Virus record (IMG/VR): IMGVR_UViG_3300037465_000034
Direction: 5' to 3' (one strand)
Origin: a virus
Length of the DNA stretch: 61,742 nucleotides
The position numbers and the translations under genes were made by a program. Shown here in pieces: positions 1-7,442 of the stretch (the first letter of the stretch is position 1; each line of letters opens with the position of its first letter). The notes under the pieces were generated by a model that was not told the DNA's origin, ran no database searches, and was given only the letters and a program-made list of their open reading frames with translations.

Positions 1-127
1 GCGGTTCGAATCAGTTGGTCTGTGTCCACGCCGCCTTTTACCATGCGAGCTCGATCCCCTTGAGTGCCGCGCTAAACGTCACGGCGCGCTCGTCAGTGCG
101 AGGCGCTCCCCAATGTGCGCGCGCCTG
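1..127. repeat. 127-bp terminal direct repeat, identical to 61616..61742 (closed-circle overlap or terminal redundancy)
   Basis: Read directly: bases 1-127 (gcggttcgaatcagttggtc ... gtgcgcgcgcctg) match 61616-61742 letter for letter. Confidence 0.9.
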
Positions 128-700
128 CGCCAGCGTGACAGGACCACGGCAACCGGCGTAGTAGTGCCCGCTTGGTGATTGCAGCAGCGCCCACTCACTG
201 CGGGCGAGTTCCGTCCATCCGTCCGCGGTGGCCTGCGCCGAGTCGCGCACGTCGAGCTGCCCCTCGTCGCGCACGTCGAGCCGCGCCGAGTCGAGCGTGA
301 TGATCTGCGCCGAGTCGCGCACTTTGAGCCGGGCCGAGTCGTGCACGCTGAGTAGCGCCGAGTCGCGCACTTTGAGCAGCGCCGAGTCGCGCACAATGAG
401 CCAGGCCGAGTCGTGCACAGTGAGTAGCGCCGAGTCGTGCACGCTGAGTAGCGCCGAGTCGCGCACACTGAGCTGCCCAGACACAATGAGCTGCGCCGAG
501 TCGCGCACTTTGATCCAAGCCGAGTCGTGCACAGTGAGTCGCGCCGAGTCGCGCACTTTGAGCAGCGCCGATTCGAGCACGTTGAGAGTGCCTACCAGCC
601 GCACGGCGCCGGTGATAGTGTGGACGCCCTCAGTGAGCGTCTGCTCGCCGCGTATTTCTCGAGTCCCGTCGGCAGCGATGGTGTATTGGATGGTGGTCAT
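38..700 (-). CDS. Octapeptide-repeat protein, cassette copy 1 (220 aa)
   Basis: ORF track, starts MTTIQYTIAADG. Residues 39-156 are 15 tandem units of consensus L-x-V-[RH]-D-S-A-x. C-terminal domain ADGWTELARSEWALLQSPSGHYYAGCRGPVTLAQARAHWGAPRTDERAVTF is shared with the paralog at 60521..61240. No family recognised. Confidence 0.75.
   Translation of the reverse strand: MTTIQYTIAADGTREIRGEQTLTEGVHTITGAVRLVGTLNVLESALLKVRDSARLTVHDSAWIKVRDSAQLIVSGQLSVRDSALLSVHDSALLTVHDSAWLIVRDSALLKVRDSALLSVHDSARLKVRDSAQIITLDSARLDVRDEGQLDVRDSAQATADGWTELARSEWALLQSPSGHYYAGCRGPVTLAQARAHWGAPRTDERAVTFSAALKGIELAW
233..586 (-). repeat. 24-bp tandem coding repeat array (15 units) inside 38..700
   Basis: Plus strand reads gccgagtcgcgcacNNtgagNNgc over and over. 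It corresponds to the 8-residue protein repeat. One unit is shortened to 6 codons. Confidence 0.85.
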
Positions 701-724
701 TTCGATTGCCGTCCCGTGGACCGG

Positions 725-1225
725 TCAAAACGAGCCGGTCGGTTGGTAAAATCTGCGCTCGTTGTCGTTTGCGACCTCGCGGACAACCGCGCCGGTGTAG
801 CGCGAGCGCGGGTGCCACGACTCGTAGGTGGTGGATAGCCTGCGCGCCAAGGGCTCGGCGAACTCGCGCGAGCGGTAAATGTGCGCCCGCCACTGAGCGC
901 GCGTCCACCGGGCGCCGCTCCAATACCGCTGGCCGCGCTGGATCACGTATCCGACCCAACTCGCGGCCTCCGTTATCGCGTAGCACACGAGCAGAAGGTC
1001 CAGCCCAACCTGTTGCAGCGTCGCCGTGTTGACGAGTTTGCCGCCGGAAAAATACTCGATCACGTCGCCACGCCGACGGATTTGGCACGATTGGCCCGGT
1101 GCCCAAAACACCACTGGGTCCGGCAGTCCGTTGCGGATCGTGTCTGCGAGCACCGCTCGGTTGTAGGACACTCCGATACGGGCCGCCTCGTTTTCCGCTT
1201 CTGTGATCAGTTGGTTCGTATCCAC
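725..1225 (-). CDS. Hypothetical protein, cassette partner copy 1 (166 aa)
   Basis: ORF track. N-terminal third (..AVLADTIRNGLPDPVVF..) and last residues TGSF are paralogous to 61360..61659. Lies directly upstream of 38..700 on the same strand. Confidence 0.6.
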   Translation of the reverse strand: MDTNQLITEAENEAARIGVSYNRAVLADTIRNGLPDPVVFWAPGQSCQIRRRGDVIEYFSGGKLVNTATLQQVGLDLLLVCYAITEAASWVGYVIQRGQRYWSGARWTRAQWRAHIYRSREFAEPLARRLSTTYESWHPRSRYTGAVVREVANDNERRFYQPTGSF

Positions 1226-1337
1226 GATATTCTCCTGTAGTTGCTCCTTGCTATAACGCGTGTATGGATTTTGCGTTTACAGACTGGCGTCAGTGGACGC
1301 TCACTCACGCTAGGAAAGTGGAACCATGCGAGCTCGA

Positions 1338-1367
1338 TCGTAGGCGAGTTGCTCGTAGGCGAGTTGC
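1338..1367. repeat. 15-bp direct tandem repeat x2 (tcgtaggcgagttgc)
   Basis: Read directly at 1338-1352 and 1353-1367. Abuts a 17-nt relic of the cassette junction at 1323-1339. Confidence 0.8.
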
Positions 1368-1462
1368 ACGGCGCGAGTCTTCCAGGCATGATGCGCGCCG
1401 TGGGGGTTCGCTCGCCCTAAACGGGCGAAGGGGTCCGACTGCTGGGGTGCGGGAAACGAAAA

Positions 1463-1484
1463 GGCCGGGGAAACCCGGCCTTTT
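1463..1484. terminator. Bidirectional intrinsic terminator-like hairpin
   Basis: ggccggg-gaaa-cccggcc with an A-run before and tttt after. Sits immediately 3' of the minus-strand gene 1490..1726. Confidence 0.6.
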
Positions 1485-1489
1485 CGCTT

Positions 1490-1726
1490 CTAGGCGCGGC
1501 GCGGCAGGAGCCGGCCGCAGGTAGGACAGGTCTTGCGGTTGAGCCGCGCGGAGTGCGCGCGGTAGACGACGCTGTAGGACAGGCCGAAGAGCTTGGCGGC
1601 GGCGTAGAGGGATCGCCCCGAGCGCGCGTCGAGCCAACAATAAGTGACGACGCGGTTAGGGGTAAGGCGCCGACAACCTGCCAGATTGGGCGCTCTCCCT
1701 CGCCGGCCGGGGCGAGATCCGGCCAC
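1490..1726 (-). CDS. Small DNA-binding-like protein (HTH-like segment plus C-terminal CPTCG)
   Basis: ORF track. Contains ..SLYAAAKLFGLSYSVVYRAHSARLNRKTCPTCGRLL. Ends at the hairpin above. True start uncertain. Confidence 0.5.
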   Translation of the reverse strand: MAGSRPGRRGRAPNLAGCRRLTPNRVVTYCWLDARSGRSLYAAAKLFGLSYSVVYRAHSARLNRKTCPTCGRLLPRRA

Positions 1727-1883
1727 CTACAAGCGCGGGGTAGCTCAGTGGTTCGAGTCGTGCCCCCGCTACCAGTTCTGCCCGACGGATGCTGTCAGGA
1801 CTCCTCCTTGGCCTGGCAGATCCCGAAAGGGAGCCGTTGGCGCGGTCGCAGTCGGGCAGATTCATTTATCGATAGGGGCCAAT

Positions 1884-2345
1884 GTGAACGCCGAGCTGGT
1901 GCGGAAGCACTACTTGTCCGACACCACGGTGGGCGAGCTGCGCTTGGCGGGCGACTTCTTCTGCCACACGCTCGAGGACGTCGTGCGCGAAGTGCCTGGC
2001 CAGCCGGTCGAGGCGTGGAAGGTGAAGGGCGCGACCGCGATCCCCGAGGGCACCTACGAGCTGGTGCTCGCAACGAGCCCGAGGTTCGGGCCAGAGACGC
2101 TGACCCTGCTCAATGTCCCAGGGTTCGCCGGCATCAGGATCCACAGCGGCATGGACCATGAGGACACCGAGGGGTGCATCCTGGTGGGCGATGTCATCGA
2201 CCTTGAGCGCCACACCATCGCCGGCGGCAAGGTCCGCGGCGTATTGGCCGGCCTCAAGGCGACGGTCAAGGCCAGCATCGAGGCCGGCGAGCGAGTGTGG
2301 CTTACGGTTCGTGGTGCCTGGCGCGTCACACAGGGGAAGGCATGA
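1884..2345 (+). CDS. DUF5675-like protein, candidate endolysin (His/Cys L,D-peptidase-like motif)
   Basis: GTG at 1884 after AGGGG. Sequence TVGELRLAGDFFCHTLED...IPEGTYELVLATSPRFG...LLNVPGFAGIRIHSGMDHEDTEGCILVG matches my memory of the DUF5675 family. ATGA-coupled to the i-spanin gene. Confidence 0.7.
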   Translation: MNAELVRKHYLSDTTVGELRLAGDFFCHTLEDVVREVPGQPVEAWKVKGATAIPEGTYELVLATSPRFGPETLTLLNVPGFAGIRIHSGMDHEDTEGCILVGDVIDLERHTIAGGKVRGVLAGLKATVKASIEAGERVWLTVRGAWRVTQGKA

Positions 2346-2953
2346 GCCAGCGCGGCTTCGGGCTGCTCGGGTATCTGCTCGGGGCTGCGGCCGTCCTGGG
2401 CCTTGCCTTGGGCCTGTGGATGGCGGTGGACGCCAATTTGGTGACCTCTGCCGGGATGGCGAAGGGCGTGGCGCAGGGCCACCGCGAGCGCGACGATGCC
2501 TACGCCAAGCGCGACGATCGGGCAAAGCGGGACGCCGAGGCCGAGCTCAAGCGGCTGCGCGACACGATCGCGGTGCTCGAGGACCGGCACAACGAGGCAG
2601 TCGCCCTGGCGGGCGCCAACTACGACAAGGGGGTAGCCGATGGACGCAAGGATTTGGATGCTGCTGTTGCTCGGGTGCGCGCTGGCCACCGGCTGCGCGA
2701 CCCAGGGCGCAGACCTGCCCCCTGCCCCGCCGACGGTGGTAAGGGCTCCGGTGCCGCGCCTGGGATCACCGCCGGCGTGGGTGATGCAGCCACGGACCCC
2801 CAACTTTCAGCAGAGGCTTCGGAGTTTCTTCTCCAACTCGCCGGAGAGGCCGACGAAATCGCCCGACAACTCGGAGGAGCGCAAGCCGTGATGCGCGCCT
2901 GCTACAAGGCGTTTGATGACCTATGGATGGCCTATGGCGCCGCGCAAAAGTGA
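2342..2953 (+). CDS. i-spanin (Rz-like)
   Basis: N-terminal TM (GFGLLGYLLGAAAVLGLALGLWMAV), then a charged coiled coil. Contains the embedded lipoprotein ORF in another frame. ATGA overlap with the upstream gene. Confidence 0.75.
   Translation: MSQRGFGLLGYLLGAAAVLGLALGLWMAVDANLVTSAGMAKGVAQGHRERDDAYAKRDDRAKRDAEAELKRLRDTIAVLEDRHNEAVALAGANYDKGVADGRKDLDAAVARVRAGHRLRDPGRRPAPCPADGGKGSGAAPGITAGVGDAATDPQLSAEASEFLLQLAGEADEIARQLGGAQAVMRACYKAFDDLWMAYGAAQK
2640..2891 (+). CDS. o-spanin (Rz1-like lipoprotein) embedded in the i-spanin gene
   Basis: Signal peptide plus lipobox MLLLLGCALATGC, then a Pro-rich short mature part. Entirely nested out of frame in 2342..2953, the classic Rz/Rz1 architecture. Confidence 0.75.
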   Translation: MDARIWMLLLLGCALATGCATQGADLPPAPPTVVRAPVPRLGSPPAWVMQPRTPNFQQRLRSFFSNSPERPTKSPDNSEERKP

Positions 2954-2984
2954 CGAGCAGATCGACGGAGGGCCGGAGGTGAGA

Positions 2985-3290
2985 ATGGGGCTGCAACACG
3001 CCTTCGGCGGCCCGTGGGTGTCGTTCCGGGGCGCCGGGTTCCTGCTGATCGTGAAGCTGCTGCTGGTGGTCGCGGTGCTGGTGCTCGTCCTGATACACGA
3101 CCGAGAGGATCAGCTCGCGCGCGCCTCGATCATGGCGACCCTTACCCAGCAGGTTGCCCAGCAGACGGCGACCACCGAGGCGCTTCAGGAGCAGACCTAC
3201 GTCCTGACCCTCAAGCAGGAGGAACGAGAAAAGCTCAACCTGCGGATGCCGCCCAGCCTGCGCGCCAAGCTCAACCGAGGGACGCAGTGA
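2985..3290 (+). CDS. Single-TM membrane protein (holin/antiholin candidate) with RHH-like C-terminus
   Basis: ATG at 2985 preceded by GGAGGTG. TM segment FLLIVKLLLVVAVLVLVLI. C-terminus EEREKLNLRMPPSLRAKLN. High GC3. Confidence 0.55.
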   Translation: MGLQHAFGGPWVSFRGAGFLLIVKLLLVVAVLVLVLIHDREDQLARASIMATLTQQVAQQTATTEALQEQTYVLTLKQEEREKLNLRMPPSLRAKLNRGTQ

Positions 3291-3670
3291 TGCAGACGGC
3301 TGTCCAGCGCGCGCTCGAGGAGTCATCGACCTTCGCCTTTGGCGTGTTCATGGTCGGCCAGGCCGTCGGCGTGGTGCTGCATTGGGGTGCCAAGTGGCTG
3401 AAGGGAGAAATCGCCTGCGTTGTCGACATGGCGCGCACCGAGTTCAAGTGGACGATGGGCTCGTTCGTCGCGCAAGCACTGGCCGCGATTGGCGTATTCG
3501 CCACCGGCATCGTGGACGGCCAGCCGATCGTCAAGGCGTTCGCGCTGGGCATCGGCGGCGGCGGGCTGCTGGATGCGTTCGTCAACAAGGGCCGGCGCCG
3601 GGAGTGGACGCCGGAGCAAAGAGAGCGAGCCCGGCATCGTGCCGGGCGCAACCAAGGAGGACTAGGATGA
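3290..3670 (+). CDS. Three-TM holin candidate
   Basis: TGATG junction with the upstream gene. Three hydrophobic segments, then a charged tail NKGRRREWTPEQRERARHRAG, typical of class I holins. Confidence 0.5.
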   Translation: MQTAVQRALEESSTFAFGVFMVGQAVGVVLHWGAKWLKGEIACVVDMARTEFKWTMGSFVAQALAAIGVFATGIVDGQPIVKAFALGIGGGGLLDAFVNKGRRREWTPEQRERARHRAGRNQGGLG

Positions 3671-3825
3671 GCCCCCAAGCAAAGGCCCGCTGGGCGGCGC
3701 TCGGCCAGGCGATCGAGCGCAAGACCGACGACCTGTTTGCCTTCGCCGCCGGCCAGCCATACACGGCCGCGGCGCTGGCGGTCGCCTTCGCCGCTGTGTT
3801 CTTTCTCGGGCGCTGCTCGGCCTGA
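3667..3825 (+). CDS. Small membrane-anchored protein (52 aa)
   Basis: ATGA overlap with the upstream stop. C-terminal TM AAALAVAFAAVFFLG. Confidence 0.45.
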   Translation: MSPQAKARWAALGQAIERKTDDLFAFAAGQPYTAAALAVAFAAVFFLGRCSA

Positions 3826-3826
3826 C

Positions 3827-4153
3827 ATGGAAGAGCATGGCACTGGACCGGTGCGCGCCGGCCTGATCCGTCGCGCCATGACCCCAGCCAAGGTCGAGTC
3901 CAACCCGAAGATGCGCGACTTACAGCGCGGGCGCGCGCGGATCATCACGGACGACGAGGCCGCCGCCGACGCCGCCCAGGAGAACGCCATGCGCGAGAGC
4001 AACTTGGCCGAGATTGCCCGCGAGCTCCGGCGCCGTGACCTGGGGGAACGCCAGCGGGCCACGTTGATCGCCGAGCGCGACCGCATCCTCGCCACGCCAA
4101 AAACCGAGCCTGACGAGCGGTTCGGCCGGATCAGATTCGCTCCGTGGCGCTGA
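3827..4153 (+). CDS. Hypothetical protein
   Basis: ATG at 3827, two bases after the upstream stop. In-frame portion of ORF 3737..4153. Charged helical sequence. Confidence 0.5.
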   Translation: MEEHGTGPVRAGLIRRAMTPAKVESNPKMRDLQRGRARIITDDEAAADAAQENAMRESNLAEIARELRRRDLGERQRATLIAERDRILATPKTEPDERFGRIRFAPWR

Positions 4154-4231
4154 TGCGCTGATGGGTGGCAACGCCTACGGCACCGTCCCGCCGAGGATCG
4201 GCAGCCGGCCAAGCCCTAATAGGCTGAAACG

Positions 4232-4897
4232 ATGACGATTACTACCAACGGGCGGAAAAAAAGTTCGGCCGCCAAGCCGCGCGTGAAGGCCGGCACCAGC
4301 AAGGCAATGGCAGCCCAGCGCAGGGCCCTGTTTACAGAGGCATACCTCACCAACGGCGGCAACGCCACCAATGCCGCGATCGCCGCCGGCTACAGCCCCA
4401 ATGGCGCAGATGTCGTTGGGACTCGGCTACTAGGGGATGTTAGCGTTGCGACAGCCATCGCCGCGCGCCGCGCCGAGGCGCTTGCTGCGGCGCAGCAGAA
4501 CACAGGCGTGACGATCGAGCGGACGCTGCGCGAGCTGGCGCGGCTGGCATATGTCGACCCGCGCCGAATGTTCGACAGCGACGGCAAGATGCTCCAGATC
4601 CATCAGTTGCCAGATGACGTCGCCCCGGCGGTAGCGCAATTCGAACGTGTCGTCGAATACAAGGGCAATGGCGAGGATCGCGTCGAGGCCGGGTACACGA
4701 CAAAGGTCAAATTGTGGGACAAGGTGTCCGCGATCGAGAAGGCAATGAAGCACCTGGGCCTGTTCGAGAAGGACAATGCACAGCGACCACAGACCGCTCC
4801 GGCGGTGTTCGTTGTGATGGGGGTTGAGCCGATGGGGGTTGAGCCAACGGTGGTTGGTGGCGGCTCGGCGGCGCCTGACAAGCCGATGATCCGATGA
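4232..4897 (+). CDS. terS: Terminase small subunit (P27/Terminase_2-like)
   Basis: ..FTEAYLTNGGNATNAAIAAGYSPNGADVVGTRLL...WDKVSAIEKAMKHLGLF. Lies immediately upstream of TerL. Confidence 0.8.
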   Translation: MTITTNGRKKSSAAKPRVKAGTSKAMAAQRRALFTEAYLTNGGNATNAAIAAGYSPNGADVVGTRLLGDVSVATAIAARRAEALAAAQQNTGVTIERTLRELARLAYVDPRRMFDSDGKMLQIHQLPDDVAPAVAQFERVVEYKGNGEDRVEAGYTTKVKLWDKVSAIEKAMKHLGLFEKDNAQRPQTAPAVFVVMGVEPMGVEPTVVGGGSAAPDKPMIR

Positions 4898-6267
4898 CCG
4901 CCGTGGGGGCCGTTGCGGCACCGCCGCCCGCGGCGGCCTCGGCGATACCGCCGGCCACACCGCAGCGCGAGCAGGTGATCAAGGTCGGCAAGGTCTACCT
5001 GCCGCTGTTTGAGAGGGACGAAGCCAAGCGGTATCGCTACTACGTCTACTACGGCGGCCGCGATGCTGGTAAATCGTGGTCGGTCGCCACGGCGCTAGTG
5101 AGCTGGGCGCGCCTTGAGCCACTGCGGATCCTCTGCACACGGGAGATTCAGCGCACGATCGCGGACTCAGTTCACAGGCTGCTGGCGGACACGATCAAGC
5201 GGCTGGAGGTCGAGCATGAGTTCGAGATCACCGACAATTCGATCGCCTGCCGGCTGACGGGCGCGGAGTTCCTGTTCGTGGGATTGCGCGACCAGGACGT
5301 GCACAAAATGAAGTCCTACGAGGGGGTGGATCTGGTGTGGGTCGAAGAGGCGCACACGGTCACCGACCGCTCGTGGACCGTGCTGGTTCATACTATCAGG
5401 CGTGAGGGCTCGGAGATCTGGATCACGTTCAACCCCGAGCTCGACACGGACGCCACATACCAGCGGTTCGTGGTCAGGGGCGCGCCGCGGTCGTTCGCGC
5501 AGAAGGTCACCTGGCGGGACAACCCCTGGCCGTCGGCGGTGCTGGAGGCAGAGCGCGAGCGGATGCGGCGCGAGGATCCGGCCGAGTTCGACAACGTCTA
5601 CGAGGGCAACCCTCGCACGGCGGTGGTTGGCGCGATCTACTCCAAGGAGGTCGCAGCGATGGTGCAGGGCGGGCGGATCCAGCGCCTGCCCTACGACCCG
5701 AAGCTTTTGGTTCACGCGGTATGGGACCTGGGGTGGAACGACCAGACCACGATCGTATTCGCGCAACGGCTGCTATCCGAGGTCAGGGTGATTGACTACG
5801 AGGAGCAGTCGTTCGTCCCGCCAGACGAGTGGGCGATGCGGCTGAAGGCGAAACGCTACAACTACGGCGGGATGTGGCTGCCGCACGATGCCGACCATCA
5901 GCGGCTGGAGGCCAGGGGCGTCTCGTTCAGGGAGCAGATCAGGCCGCTTCTGCCGCCAGGGATTCCGCTGCACATCGTGCCCCGCGTTAACGAGGAGAAC
6001 GACCGCATCAGGGCAGCGCGCATGATGTTCCCGAGGGTCTACATGGACTCCGAAAAATGCGCCCGGCTGCTGGAGTGCCTGAAGCGGTTCCGGCGGGCGG
6101 TGCCCAGGACGACGGGCGAAGAAGGCGATCCGGTGAAGGACGAGTTCAAGCACGGCGCCGATGCGTTCGGGCAGATGGCGATGGTGGTGGACAAGTTCGG
6201 CAACGAAAGGCAGCAAAAGATCGTGGTGCCGGCAAGGCGCATGGCGAATCCGCGGGTGGGCTACTGA
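4894..6267 (+). CDS. terL: Terminase large subunit (PBSX/Terminase_3-like)
   Basis: Walker A YYGGRDAGKSWS, Walker B DLVWVEEA, C-terminal nuclease-like region. ATGA overlap with terS. Confidence 0.9.
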   Translation: MTAVGAVAAPPPAAASAIPPATPQREQVIKVGKVYLPLFERDEAKRYRYYVYYGGRDAGKSWSVATALVSWARLEPLRILCTREIQRTIADSVHRLLADTIKRLEVEHEFEITDNSIACRLTGAEFLFVGLRDQDVHKMKSYEGVDLVWVEEAHTVTDRSWTVLVHTIRREGSEIWITFNPELDTDATYQRFVVRGAPRSFAQKVTWRDNPWPSAVLEAERERMRREDPAEFDNVYEGNPRTAVVGAIYSKEVAAMVQGGRIQRLPYDPKLLVHAVWDLGWNDQTTIVFAQRLLSEVRVIDYEEQSFVPPDEWAMRLKAKRYNYGGMWLPHDADHQRLEARGVSFREQIRPLLPPGIPLHIVPRVNEENDRIRAARMMFPRVYMDSEKCARLLECLKRFRRAVPRTTGEEGDPVKDEFKHGADAFGQMAMVVDKFGNERQQKIVVPARRMANPRVGY

Positions 6268-6282
6268 GAAAGAGGAGAAAGC

Positions 6283-6654
6283 ATGGCTGCAATCAACCCG
6301 ACTTATAGTTATGTCGGAGCAGGCGAGCACACGGTCGTCGTGACCTGGGCGAACGTCACGCAAGCCGACACATTCACGCCGATCGGGCCGCGCTGGGCAG
6401 ATTACGCCGACCGCAACGTCCAGATTCAAGGCACGTTCGGCGGCGCAACGGTTGTTCTGACCGGCTCGAACGACGGCAGCAACTACTTCACGCTCACTGA
6501 CCCGCAGGGCAATTCGATCAGCAAGACCTCGGCCGCGCTCGAGCAGATCACGGAGGCCACGGCATTCGTGCAGCCGACGCATTCGGGCGGGGCGGGGGAA
6601 TCGGTGACGGTGGTCATGCTCATGCGCCGTGGTCGCGGCGGACTGGAGGTATAG
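6283..6654 (+). CDS. Hypothetical virion-module protein
   Basis: ORF track. SD agaggag upstream. High GC3. Confidence 0.6.
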   Translation: MAAINPTYSYVGAGEHTVVVTWANVTQADTFTPIGPRWADYADRNVQIQGTFGGATVVLTGSNDGSNYFTLTDPQGNSISKTSAALEQITEATAFVQPTHSGGAGESVTVVMLMRRGRGGLEV

Positions 6655-7188
6655 ATGGATGCAGGCAAATTCAACGCCGCTGCCGACACTCTGCAGCGGG
6701 AGGCCAATCGGTTCCAGCAACTGGCCGAGGCTGCCCAGCTCATGCGCGATTCGGGGGCGATCCTGGCGCAGCTCAACGAGGCGCAGCAGACGCTCAAGAC
6801 GCTGCGCGAGGCTTCGGTCGCCGCGCGCGCTGAACTCGAGCGGTTCGCAGAGGAGATCGAAACGGCAAGGACTCAAGCCGGCGAGATCGTCAGGCAAGCC
6901 AACGAGCAAGCCGCGCAGCGCCTGGCCGAGGCCGACGCCAAGGCCCAGGAAAGGCTCGGTGCGGCCCAGGACGAGGCATCCGAGCTGCTGGAGCAGGCGC
7001 GGGCCAAGGGCAATGGAATGATCCAAAGTGCGCAGTCCGCCGTGGACACGCACGAACAGGACATCAGGTCTCGCAAGTCCAAGCTCGCCAAGCTCGACGA
7101 CGAACTGCTCGCCAAGTCGCAGGAGCTGGAGCGCGTCAATGCAGCCCTGCGCGAGGCGCGAGAGCGCGTCGCTGCGTTCGCGCGGTGA
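6655..7188 (+). CDS. Coiled-coil protein
   Basis: ORF track. Heptad-rich Ala/Glu/Gln sequence. Starts one base after the upstream stop. Confidence 0.6.
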   Translation: MDAGKFNAAADTLQREANRFQQLAEAAQLMRDSGAILAQLNEAQQTLKTLREASVAARAELERFAEEIETARTQAGEIVRQANEQAAQRLAEADAKAQERLGAAQDEASELLEQARAKGNGMIQSAQSAVDTHEQDIRSRKSKLAKLDDELLAKSQELERVNAALREARERVAAFAR

Positions 7189-7442
7189 GCGATCCACGCA
7201 AGGATGGCTGCGGCTCATGTTTTTACGTCGGCGAGGCTGATGACGGCGAAGTAAGGCAGCATCCCAGCCGGCGCAAGAGCGTGAACGTGGAAACGGGCAA
7301 GCTAGTGTGCCTGCGCAACCCGCCGGTAGCGGTGGCGATCATGTTGCCAGGCGGGCAGCTCGACAGGGTTGCAGGCATCGTGCCGCCCGTAAGCAAGGAC
7401 TCCTGGTGCGGTGAGTGGCGGGCCGCGCTGGTGCCGCGATAA
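7185..7442 (+). CDS. Small Cys-containing protein
   Basis: GTGA overlap with the upstream gene. Contains DGCGSCFY...C...C. Confidence 0.5.
   Translation: MSDPRKDGCGSCFYVGEADDGEVRQHPSRRKSVNVETGKLVCLRNPPVAVAIMLPGGQLDRVAGIVPPVSKDSWCGEWRAALVPR

Noticed and set aside
233-586. Possible CRISPR-like arrays: the 24-bp repeats at 233..586 and 60722..61129, and the 30-bp repeats at 54376..54474.
   Set aside because: The units are contiguous with no spacers, and they lie in frame inside coding sequences. They are coding tandem repeats and replication iterons, not CRISPR arrays.
38-700. The two repeat-protein paralogs as a template/variable repeat pair of a diversity-generating retroelement.
   Set aside because: No reverse transcriptase ORF or YxDD motif occurs anywhere in the genome. 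The differences between the copies are not adenine-specific.
228-749. Plus-strand ORFs running through the 24-bp repeat arrays (228..749, 527..838, 60687..61277).
   Set aside because: They are repeat-generated open frames antisense to the paralogous minus-strand genes. The minus-strand genes have conserved non-repeat N- and C-terminal domains and coupled neighbours.
1733-1776. A tRNA-like string (gcgcggggtagctcagtggttcgagtcgtgcccccgctacca) in the gap upstream of the lysis genes. It has a D-arm-like GCTCAGTGG, a TTCGAGT T-loop-like heptamer and a 6-bp acceptor-like pairing.
   Set aside because: It is only about 43 nt long, has no anticodon arm and cannot be folded into a cloverleaf. It could be an att-site or tRNA remnant or a minihelix, but with no integrase present I cannot support either a tRNA gene or an attP call.
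5773-7218. Long minus-strand ORFs opposite well-supported plus-strand genes, for example 5773..7218, 9710..10921, 11556..13229, 13638..15683, 18858..20300, 29816..31378, 32042..34018 and 44285..46366.
   Set aside because: These are the typical shadow ORFs of a high-G+C genome. Their products are Arg/Pro/Gly/Leu-rich noise, they lack SD-start signals, and they fully overlap genes with clear motifs (terminase, portal, capsid and others).
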